Source of the DNA: an uncultured Spirochaetales bacterium
GTDB taxonomy: Bacteria > Spirochaetota > Spirochaetia > SPDA01 > CAZJBZ01
Direction: 5' to 3'
NCBI GenBank assembly: GCA_964557375.1
Contig: CAZKZZ010000004.1
Coordinates: 5,904-69,119, forward strand
DNA: 63,216 nt
Of this stretch, positions 10,351-18,966 are shown one piece after another. Made by a program: the position numbers and the translations under genes. Every line of letters begins with the position of its first letter. Within the stretch, counting starts at the first letter, position 1. The notes under the pieces were generated by a model. That model did no database searches. It was not told the origin of the DNA and worked only from the letters and a program-made list of their open reading frames with translations.

Positions 10351-10380
10351 TTGACACCGGAAGGGGGAATCGAGTAATCT
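10351..10380 (+). promoter_or_regulatory. possible sigma70-type promoter for tRNA-Arg / GGDEF gene
   Basis: TTGACA at 10351-10356, with a weak -10 (GTAATC/TAATCT) after a 17-18 nt spacer, about 12 nt before the tRNA 5' end. Confidence 0.3.
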
Positions 10381-10391
10381 TGTTACCAGTT

Positions 10392-10465
<74 letters not shown>

Positions 10466-10478
10466 ATTTTTTTCTCAT

Positions 10479-11459
10479 ATGAATTACCAGAATAAAACAA
10501 GAGAAGAACTCATCGAAGAGCTCGAGCAACTCAACGAGGTAAAAAAAGAGTTCGAAAAAACAGAACTCGAGCTGGAACAGCGGACTTTCGAGCTGGATGT
10601 CCGTCTCAAAGAGCTGCAGTGCCTGTTCAATATTTCAAAACTGGTTGACAACCACGATATTGAATTCGAAGAACTCATTCAGGGAATCGTTGATCTCATC
10701 CCTTCCGGGTGGCAGTATCCTGAAATCACGTACTCCCGTGCGGTTATCGATCACAAACAATACACCACGTTCAACTACAGAGAAACAGAATGGAGAGAGC
10801 AGTGTGATCTGGCCCCGGAGAATAAAAAGACCGGTTTTCTCGAGGTGGGGTATCTCGAGGCCACTCCCCGTATTGATGGAGGATATTTTTTAAAAGAAGA
10901 ACGGAGTATGCTTAAGGCGTTAGGAGAACAGATCGAGCGGATAATCGAACGGAAACGTAAGGAAGACCAGCTGAAATACTACGCAACCGTGGATACCATG
11001 ACCGGAGTGTTGAACCGAAGGACCGGGCTGGCCGTCCTCGAAGAGCAGATGAAGCTCATTCAGCGGAAAAAGGATATACTTTCGGTTTGTTTCCTCGATG
11101 CCGACAACCTCAAATACGTCAATGATACCTACAGTCACGAAGAGGGTGATGATCTTATTACGATAATTACCGACATCATCCGCAGCTCCGTCCGCCGGTC
11201 CGATACCCTCTGCAGATTGGGCGGGGATGAGTTTCTTATCATTTTGCCTGAATGTACCGAAACCCAGGCGGAAGAACTGTGGAGCAAAATTGAGAAAAAA
11301 ATCAATACGTTCAACAAAAACGGACAAAAGCCGTATCTCATCAGTTTGAGTCACGGGTGCGCGCAATTTCATTGGGAAGAAAATCCATTAAGAGAAAAAC
11401 TGCTTGCAGCCGCGGACAAGAAGATGTATGAAGAAAAATCGAAAAAGAAAAAAAAGTGA
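10479..11459 (+). CDS. diguanylate cyclase (GGDEF domain) with N-terminal coiled-coil/sensor region
   Basis: The ORF track start (10380) runs through the tRNA. Trimmed to the ATG at 10479 (MNYQNKTREE...). GGDEF active site RLGGDEFLIIL with RRSD I-site 5 residues upstream. Confidence 0.85.
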   Translation: MNYQNKTREELIEELEQLNEVKKEFEKTELELEQRTFELDVRLKELQCLFNISKLVDNHDIEFEELIQGIVDLIPSGWQYPEITYSRAVIDHKQYTTFNYRETEWREQCDLAPENKKTGFLEVGYLEATPRIDGGYFLKEERSMLKALGEQIERIIERKRKEDQLKYYATVDTMTGVLNRRTGLAVLEEQMKLIQRKKDILSVCFLDADNLKYVNDTYSHEEGDDLITIITDIIRSSVRRSDTLCRLGGDEFLIILPECTETQAEELWSKIEKKINTFNKNGQKPYLISLSHGCAQFHWEENPLREKLLAAADKKMYEEKSKKKKK

Positions 11460-12250
11460 AAACGTATCAAGGAAAACGAATATGGATTACCGGGGCCTCT
11501 GCGGGTATCGGAGCGGCCCTTGCCTGCGAGCTCAGCAATCGGGGTGCGGCACTGATTCTTACATCCCGAAACCGGGGAAAGCTCGAACAGGTTTCCCGCC
11601 GCTGCGGCGGTCCGGTCTCCCTGCTGCCGTTCGATCTCGGTGATGAGATGACCTGCCGCGAGGCTGCCGCAAGGGCGGAGTCGTTCTACGGCGGGGTAGA
11701 TGTGTTTATCGGGAACGCCGGTGTAAGCCAGCGCTCCCTGTTCGAACAAACCGATTACGATGTGATACGACGAATCATTAGCATAAACCTGACAGCAAAT
11801 TTAGTTTTAGTGCGCTCTCTGTTACCGGCAATGAAAGAGCAGAAAGAAGGCGGCATTGTGCTGGTCTCGAGCATCGTCGGGAAGTTCGGCTCACCTCTCC
11901 GTTCGATATACAGCGCCTCAAAACATGCCCTCCACGGATTTGCCGAGTCGATTCGCGGCGAGGTGTGTCACGACAATATTTCGGTCTCGGTAGTTGTGCC
12001 CGGATACGTACGGACGGATATCTCCTGCCACGCGTTGGCTGCGGACGGCTCTCCCTATAATCGTCTCGATCCGGGCCAGCAGTCCGGCATAGAACCGGAG
12101 CAGTGTGCGAAGGCGATCGTCCGGGGGATCGAAAAGAAGAAACATGAGATATACGTGGGTATTAACGCAAAAGCGAGGGCCGCTCTCTTCGTTTCACACT
12201 TTTTTCCTGCTCTATTCAATAGAATTGTATCGAGAGCAGATGTCACCTAA
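11456..12250 (+). CDS. short-chain dehydrogenase/reductase (SDR) family oxidoreductase
   Basis: 264 aa. GTG start overlapping the upstream stop. TGASAGIGAAL Rossmann motif, YSASKHAL catalytic motif. Confidence 0.85.
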   Translation: MKTYQGKRIWITGASAGIGAALACELSNRGAALILTSRNRGKLEQVSRRCGGPVSLLPFDLGDEMTCREAAARAESFYGGVDVFIGNAGVSQRSLFEQTDYDVIRRIISINLTANLVLVRSLLPAMKEQKEGGIVLVSSIVGKFGSPLRSIYSASKHALHGFAESIRGEVCHDNISVSVVVPGYVRTDISCHALAADGSPYNRLDPGQQSGIEPEQCAKAIVRGIEKKKHEIYVGINAKARAALFVSHFFPALFNRIVSRADVT

Positions 12251-12266
12251 AAAAAGCACAGGTGAT

Positions 12267-12300
12267 GCTCTTTCAAAATTAAGACTAATTTTGAAAGAGC
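12267..12300. repeat. perfect 14-bp stem-loop (IR1)
   Basis: GCTCTTTCAAAATT (12267-12280) / AATTTTGAAAGAGC (12287-12300), loop AAGACT. Lies 17 nt after the SDR stop. No U-tract follows. Confidence 0.8.
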
Positions 12301-12315
12301 TACCTTAATATAACA

Positions 12316-12377
12316 TGAAGTTTTTGGTAATTGGTTATATTATAAAGAATTATTCACTATTAAAACCAAAAACTTCA
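12316..12377. repeat. 13-bp inverted repeat with 36-nt loop (IR2)
   Basis: TGAAGTTTTTGGT (12316-12328) / ACCAAAAACTTCA (12365-12377). The loop contains the 19-mer also present at 29573. Confidence 0.8.
12335..12353 (+). repeat. 19-nt exact repeat, copy 1 (TTATATTATAAAGAATTAT)
   Basis: Identical 19-mer at 29573-29591 in the same orientation. Both copies are intergenic. Confidence 0.85.
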
Positions 12378-12380
12378 AGG

Positions 12381-12413
12381 CTTCTTGCAAAAATAACCGA
12401 TTTTTGCAAGAAG
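12381..12413. repeat. perfect 13-bp stem-loop (IR3) abutting nitrilase-family RBS
   Basis: CTTCTTGCAAAAA (12381-12393) / TTTTTGCAAGAAG (12401-12413), loop TAACCGA. Ends 4 nt before AGGAGA and the ATG at 12428. Confidence 0.8.
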
Positions 12414-12427
12414 CACAGGAGATAGTT

Positions 12428-13216
12428 ATGGGGATTACAGTAGCCTCAATACAGATGGATGTTGCCGACAAGGACCGCGACAGAAATATCGAGAAAGCGG
12501 TACGGATGGTAGGAGAGGCGAACAAACGGGGATGCCGGTTCGTGCTTCTGCCGGAGATGTTTGTAACCAGTTTTCGATATGAGTATATAGAAGAGATTGC
12601 CGAACCTCTTCCCGGTACCGCCATTGCCCCGCTTATGGAGGCGGCCAGACAGTACCAGTTGACTATTCTCGCCGGTTCGGTCCCGGAACGGGTCGATGAG
12701 AAGATTTATAACAGTTCGGTGCTCATATCGCCGGACGGTTCGATTGCGGGGGTGTACCGCAAAATCCATCTCTTTCCGCTCATGGGAGAAGATGAAAAGC
12801 TTGCCCCGGGTGATAAGCTGGTTGTACTCCAAACGGAGTTCGGGCGCGTCGGGTTTATGATTTGTTACGATCTCAGGTTCCCCGAATTGGCCCGCAGTCT
12901 CGCCGCCCTTGGTGCGGAAATAATCGTTGTTCCTGCTCAGTTTCCTTACCCTCGCCTCGATCACTGGCGCGCGCTGCTCCAGGCACGGGCCATTGAAAAC
13001 CAGTGTTTTATTCTCGCCACAAACCGGGTCGGCCGGTACGAGCACACCAAATTTTTCGGGCACAGTTGTCTCTACGACCCGTGGGGTGAACTCCGGTTTT
13101 CAGCGGGGGATGAAGAAGGGATCGTGTGGGGCGAACTCGAACAGGAAAAGGTCGCGGAGGTGCGGCAAAGAATTCCCTGTTTCAAAGACAGGAGACCCGA
13201 AATCTATAAGTTGTAA
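12428..13216 (+). CDS. carbon-nitrogen hydrolase (nitrilase superfamily) protein
   Basis: The ATG at 12428 is preceded by AGGAGA (the track start at 12404 is TTG). E-K-C triad contexts LLPEMF, YRKIHLF, FMICYDLRFPE. Confidence 0.85.
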   Translation: MGITVASIQMDVADKDRDRNIEKAVRMVGEANKRGCRFVLLPEMFVTSFRYEYIEEIAEPLPGTAIAPLMEAARQYQLTILAGSVPERVDEKIYNSSVLISPDGSIAGVYRKIHLFPLMGEDEKLAPGDKLVVLQTEFGRVGFMICYDLRFPELARSLAALGAEIIVVPAQFPYPRLDHWRALLQARAIENQCFILATNRVGRYEHTKFFGHSCLYDPWGELRFSAGDEEGIVWGELEQEKVAEVRQRIPCFKDRRPEIYKL

Positions 13217-13238
13217 TCGGTAGAATTGGAGACCCGGA

Positions 13239-14237
13239 ATGTTTGTTACGGCCCTGATGGGAAGCCCGAGAAAAGAGGGTAACACAGCGTTTCTCGTAAA
13301 AAACCTGCTCAAAGCACTTGCTGAGCGGGGGGCTGAAGCGGCCGTTCTCGAAAGTGAATCTCTACGTGTAAACCCGTGCCGAAGCTGCGGTTTTTGTGAA
13401 AAAAAGGGGGTTTGTACGCAAAAAGACGATATGGAAACGGCCGTCTTTCCGCTGCTCAAGAAAGCGGAACTTCTTGTCATCGGGACCCCGGTCTATTTTT
13501 ACAATGTACCCGGGCCGATGAAAACGGTATTCGACAGATGTCAGACCTTATGGGCACGGAAATATCTTTTACACCTTCACGATCCTTTGGAAAGGTGGAG
13601 AAAAGGGGTATTGCTCGCCCAGGGGGCAACCAGCGGTAAAAACCTTTTTGACGGTATATCCCTCACCGTCTCCTATACCCTCGATGCTGTAGGCGCCGAG
13701 CTATCGGAGAGCCTCTGCTACAGAGAAATAGAAAACATTGGAGACATGGCAGGCCATCCCGCTGTAAGAGACGAGATCGAAGCTGCCGCGGAGCGCATCA
13801 CTGCTTCATATAATGGTTTGAGCAGAGTGTTGGTCTTGTCCCGGGCGGACGCCTTCTACGGACCGATTGTTGCGGCATATGTTAACCGGTTCAGTGGGGG
13901 CTCTCTCATAGCACACCACGCCGGTTTGCAGCCCGCAGCTGCTGTGGAAAAAGATGCGGTAATGCAGCTCGAGCGCCGCGGGCTCGATATCAAGTTCCAA
14001 TCACCCCGCGGATTAAACGATGTCCTCTCCGGTAATTCGTACGATACTGTGATTTCAATAGATAACACGCGTCCCGGTCGGGAATGGGCGGGACCGGACC
14101 AGGCAGTGATTGATCTGCCGATTCGGGAGGGCAATCAAAACCGTGAGGCTGAAATCGATGCGATCGAAAACAGAGTGGACAGTCTCGTTCGAGAGCTCCA
14201 ATCTAGGCGCGGCGGGGCCGAGGGGAGGGGCGGTTGA
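13239..14237 (+). CDS. iron-sulfur flavoprotein (NADPH-dependent FMN reductase fold) fused to a degenerate LMW-PTP/ArsC-like domain
   Basis: 332 aa. N-terminal GSPRKEGNT flavodoxin-like P-loop and compact Cys cluster CRSCGFCEKKGVC (CX2CX2CX5C). The C-terminal about 130 aa has LMW phosphatase topology (VLVLSRADAFYGP..., DTVISID), but the CX5R loop is not conserved. Confidence 0.6.
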   Translation: MFVTALMGSPRKEGNTAFLVKNLLKALAERGAEAAVLESESLRVNPCRSCGFCEKKGVCTQKDDMETAVFPLLKKAELLVIGTPVYFYNVPGPMKTVFDRCQTLWARKYLLHLHDPLERWRKGVLLAQGATSGKNLFDGISLTVSYTLDAVGAELSESLCYREIENIGDMAGHPAVRDEIEAAAERITASYNGLSRVLVLSRADAFYGPIVAAYVNRFSGGSLIAHHAGLQPAAAVEKDAVMQLERRGLDIKFQSPRGLNDVLSGNSYDTVISIDNTRPGREWAGPDQAVIDLPIREGNQNREAEIDAIENRVDSLVRELQSRRGGAEGRGG

Positions 14238-14267
14238 AGATAAAAAGAGAAGCACGTTACAAGCGGG

Positions 14268-15632
14268 TCATTCCATATCGGTGGTCATTTTCTTGTCGTC
14301 CATCTTTTTTGCGTCAGCGAGAATTTGTTTATACCGTTCTTCGGTGATCGGATAAAAGAGGATCAAAACAGCTCCGGCCGCGAAAATCAGAGCAGGTATT
14401 GGACCGGCAATGAATCTGATGCCCATCTGTGCTGTATCGGTCTGCACCGCGTCGGCCGCATATCCGGTTAGACTGAGAATACCCCCGGATATACCGATGG
14501 CAAGTCCATTGCCGATTTTACTGATAAAAGTCCAGATACCGTAATAGGCCCCCTCACTTCGTTCACCGGTTTTGCTGTAATCGTACTCGATCGTATCGGG
14601 CACCATAGACCAGGGGATAACGTACGTAGTAGCAAAGCCTACCCCTGCAATACCCATCATAATCAGGGCGAACGGAATGCCGGCGGTATGCCCGAAGAAG
14701 AACAGCATTATGCAGGCAAAAGCAATAATGAATAATCCTGCCGCATAGACCGCTTTTTTACCCACCCGTTTGGCAACAAGAACGCTTACCGGTATAAAAA
14801 CCATCGCGGTTACCAGGAGTATCAGCAGGGCCACTGTGGTCATCGGTTCGTTGTTGTAGATATATTTAAAATAGTAGATGAGAATACCGCTTACGACATT
14901 GACCGCAGTCATGTTGAACGCAAAAGTGATAAGTACGATTAGATACGGCCGGTTCTTGAAAACCCGAAGATAGGTCGAAAAAAAGCCGGTTTCCATTTTC
15001 TCCCGAACAATGTCCGGTTCGCGGACCGAAAAAAAGGTGATGAGTGCGGTTGCCGCCATTACTCCGCCGAAAACAATCCCCATTATGGAGAACCCAATGC
15101 TGCGGTCGGGAAAAAGCCCGATAAAGGGAAGGACAGCCCCTGCTCCTAAAAGAGTACCGAATATGGCAAATCCGAACCGGTAGCCGTTGATCGAGGTGCG
15201 CTCGTGGAAATCCTGACTGAGCTCCGGGGTGAGAGAGGAGTAGGGGATATTGACCACCGTATATGCTGTTCCCAGCAGGCAGAATGCTGCCACTGCCCAG
15301 ACGAAGAGGGTGCTCTGGTGTTCTATTCCCGGGTTGGTAAACATAAATATCATAGCAAGCATTAGGGGTATGGAACCGAAGAGAATAAACGGGCGTCTTC
15401 TTCCCCACCGGGTCCGGGTCCGGTCCGAAAGATATCCCATGAGCGGGTCCGTTACCGCGTCCCAAATTTTTCCAATCAGAATGGCCGCGCCGGCTAGACC
15501 GGCAGCCAAGCCCACCGTATCGGTGAGGTAATTCATCAGCCAAAACGCCATGATCGTGAAGTAGAGATTGCCCCCTAAATCACATACACCGTATCCGAGT
15601 TTGACACCGGCAGAGAGTTTTTCGTTTTGCAT
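14268..15632 (-). CDS. MFS transporter, glycoside-pentoside-hexuronide (GPH):cation symporter family
   Basis: 454 aa, about 12 TM segments. N-terminal GYGVCDLGGNLYFT and DAVTDPLMGYLSDRTRTRWGRRRPF motif typical of the MelB/YicJ family. Confidence 0.8.
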   Translation of the reverse strand: MQNEKLSAGVKLGYGVCDLGGNLYFTIMAFWLMNYLTDTVGLAAGLAGAAILIGKIWDAVTDPLMGYLSDRTRTRWGRRRPFILFGSIPLMLAMIFMFTNPGIEHQSTLFVWAVAAFCLLGTAYTVVNIPYSSLTPELSQDFHERTSINGYRFGFAIFGTLLGAGAVLPFIGLFPDRSIGFSIMGIVFGGVMAATALITFFSVREPDIVREKMETGFFSTYLRVFKNRPYLIVLITFAFNMTAVNVVSGILIYYFKYIYNNEPMTTVALLILLVTAMVFIPVSVLVAKRVGKKAVYAAGLFIIAFACIMLFFFGHTAGIPFALIMMGIAGVGFATTYVIPWSMVPDTIEYDYSKTGERSEGAYYGIWTFISKIGNGLAIGISGGILSLTGYAADAVQTDTAQMGIRFIAGPIPALIFAAGAVLILFYPITEERYKQILADAKKMDDKKMTTDME

Positions 15633-15647
15633 GATGTTTGAAGTGTA

Positions 15648-15656
15648 TGGTATAAT
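15648..15656 (+). promoter_or_regulatory. extended -10 promoter element upstream of pyk
   Basis: TGGTATAAT (TGn + TATAAT) 51 nt upstream of the pyk ATG, followed by an imperfect hairpin GTAATTCCT...AGGATTAC in the leader. Confidence 0.45.
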
Positions 15657-15706
15657 CCGGGTACGCGCAAGCGTAATTCCTGCTTCCGGAACACAAGGAT
15701 TACACG

Positions 15707-17479
15707 ATGGAGAAACGAACCAAAATTATTTGCACGATCGGACCAGCCTGCTGGAGTGAGGAAACAATTCGGGGAATGGTTGATAAGGGAATGAACGTTG
15801 CCCGGTTCAATTATTCCCACATGAAACAGGAAGACGCTCTAAGGACGATTAAAATTATAAAAGACTTACGAGAGGAGCGCTCCCAGCCCATTGCTCTGAT
15901 GCTCGACACAAAGGGCCCTGAAGTTCGCCTGTATGGACATAATGAATCGGTCGAGCTCTCGGCAGGAGATGAAATTACCGTTGAAAGCTATACCGGAGAT
16001 GATGTGGCTTCGGCCCGGCTGGAGGATAAGAACCATTTTTTTACAAACCTCCCTACATTGGGGAATTTGGCCCAGATCGGGACACGGATACTGATTATGG
16101 ACGGGCTGCTCGAAGGGAAAGTCGTACGGAAAGAAGATGATAAACTGTATATCCGCCTTATCAACAGCGCCGTGCTCAGACCGAAAGCCCATTTTGCCAT
16201 TCCCAATACCGAATATCCTCTCGATTTCTTAGGAGAAAAGGACAAAGAGGATATTCTTTTTGCCTTAGAGCATGAGTTCGAGTATATTGCACTCTCCTTC
16301 GTCGGTTCTGCAGCGGACCTTTTCAAGGTCCGCAACCTTATTATTGATAATAAACCGCAGAGCAGAACGAAACTGATTGCAAAAATAGAAAATAAAAAAG
16401 CAACCGAGCACATCGATGAGATCATTTCCCATTCCGACGGAATTATGGTTGCCAGAGGGGACCTCGGTGTGGAGATGGACATGGCGGAAGTGCCTATAAT
16501 GCAGAAATCGATTATTGAAAAGAGCTTTCTGCGCGGTAAACCGGTTATTACAGCGACACAGATGCTCGAATCCATGATCGAGAAACCGATTCCGACCAGG
16601 GCGGAGGCATCCGACGTCGCGAATGCCTGTTTCGATCTCACTTCCGCGGTTATGCTTTCCGGAGAAACTGCAATCGGACGGTTCCCGGAACTGGTCGTAC
16701 AGACCATGTCGAATATCGTTAAAACAGTGGAAATCAATCTCGATTATGACAAGATTCTCATTCGGACGTACGACCGGCGAAAAAACGTACAGAAGGATCT
16801 TACCACAATCGTAAGCGCTAACGGTGTTTCCATAGCGGATGAAAGCCGGGCCAGGGCTATTGTTGCGGTTACAAAAACCGGATATTCCGCCCGGATGCTC
16901 TCCAAGCTGCGGCCGAAACAGCCGATCTGGGCGTTCACCTATGATATTCATACCTACCATCAAATGGCGCTGAACTGGGGGATCCATCCATATATGATCC
17001 AGGAAGAGACTTCGTTTGAATCTCTGGTTTCCCTCATCAAAGAGGTGTGTTTGAAAAAGGGAATTGCAGACCAGGGAGAGCGGATCGTTATTGTAGGGGG
17101 GCTGCCGTTAGGAAGACAGGGAACTACCAATATGGTCAGGGTAGAGACAGTCGGGAAACGCCCGATCAAGGGTAAGTGTCTCAACGACCGCTCGGTTTCC
17201 GCCCCTGCTGTGTTTATTACCGGGCGGGAGGATTTTACGAATAAAGATATTTCAGGGAAAGTACTGTTTCTGCATGACTTTAAAAAAGAGTATGTCGGCC
17301 ATTTTAAATTGGCTGCCGGGATTGTGATGGAATCCGACATGTATGAAAACGATCTTTCCCTCCTCGGTATTGCTTTTGATATCCCAATCATCATCAATGT
17401 ATCGGGGGCTTTTGATCAAATCCTCGAGGGAAGTGTCGTCGAGATAAACGGAAAAAACAACGAGTTGATCGAAATCTAA
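15707..17479 (+). CDS. pyk: pyruvate kinase with C-terminal PEP-utiliser-like extra domain
   Basis: 590 aa. KIICTIGPA, MVARGDLGVEM, TQMLESM motifs. An extra about 100-aa C-terminal domain resembles the PEP-utilising swivel domain, as in Bacillus-type PK. Confidence 0.95.
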   Translation: MEKRTKIICTIGPACWSEETIRGMVDKGMNVARFNYSHMKQEDALRTIKIIKDLREERSQPIALMLDTKGPEVRLYGHNESVELSAGDEITVESYTGDDVASARLEDKNHFFTNLPTLGNLAQIGTRILIMDGLLEGKVVRKEDDKLYIRLINSAVLRPKAHFAIPNTEYPLDFLGEKDKEDILFALEHEFEYIALSFVGSAADLFKVRNLIIDNKPQSRTKLIAKIENKKATEHIDEIISHSDGIMVARGDLGVEMDMAEVPIMQKSIIEKSFLRGKPVITATQMLESMIEKPIPTRAEASDVANACFDLTSAVMLSGETAIGRFPELVVQTMSNIVKTVEINLDYDKILIRTYDRRKNVQKDLTTIVSANGVSIADESRARAIVAVTKTGYSARMLSKLRPKQPIWAFTYDIHTYHQMALNWGIHPYMIQEETSFESLVSLIKEVCLKKGIADQGERIVIVGGLPLGRQGTTNMVRVETVGKRPIKGKCLNDRSVSAPAVFITGREDFTNKDISGKVLFLHDFKKEYVGHFKLAAGIVMESDMYENDLSLLGIAFDIPIIINVSGAFDQILEGSVVEINGKNNELIEI

Positions 17480-17586
17480 GATTCTTTTATTTTTCTAACG
17501 CAAAGCAATTTTTGGTGGCGGGTATCGTTCTTATAAAGTATAATTTTGCAGTTGTCGGTAAAGGTAAAAATTTTAGAGGAAGGTAG

Positions 17587-18927
<1,341 letters not shown>

Positions 18928-18945
18928 AGGAAAACGTCCGTCGAT

Positions 18946-18966
18946 CCCGTCGCACGGGCTTTCTAT
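18946..18966. terminator. weak hairpin between convergent gdhA and PPDK_N-like gene
   Basis: CCCGT-CGC-ACGGG followed by CTTTCT. Only a 5-bp stem. Confidence 0.3.

Noticed and set aside
12446-13063. Long antisense or alternative-frame ORFs throughout the track. Examples: 12446-13063(-), 15988-16737(-), 16265-16987(-), 58176-58994(-), 6426-7184(+), 3674-4243(+), 19572-20276(+), 40481-41161(+), 27418-28083(-), 48280-48966(-), 61317-61895(-), 62544-63095(-), 46752-47258(-), 14866-15543(-), 35835-36464(-).
   Set aside because: Each lies entirely inside or opposite a gene with clear conserved family motifs. Their translations are low-complexity (S/R/P/F-rich), and they lack SD sequences and recognisable domains. 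They are shadow ORFs typical of mid/high-GC coding DNA.
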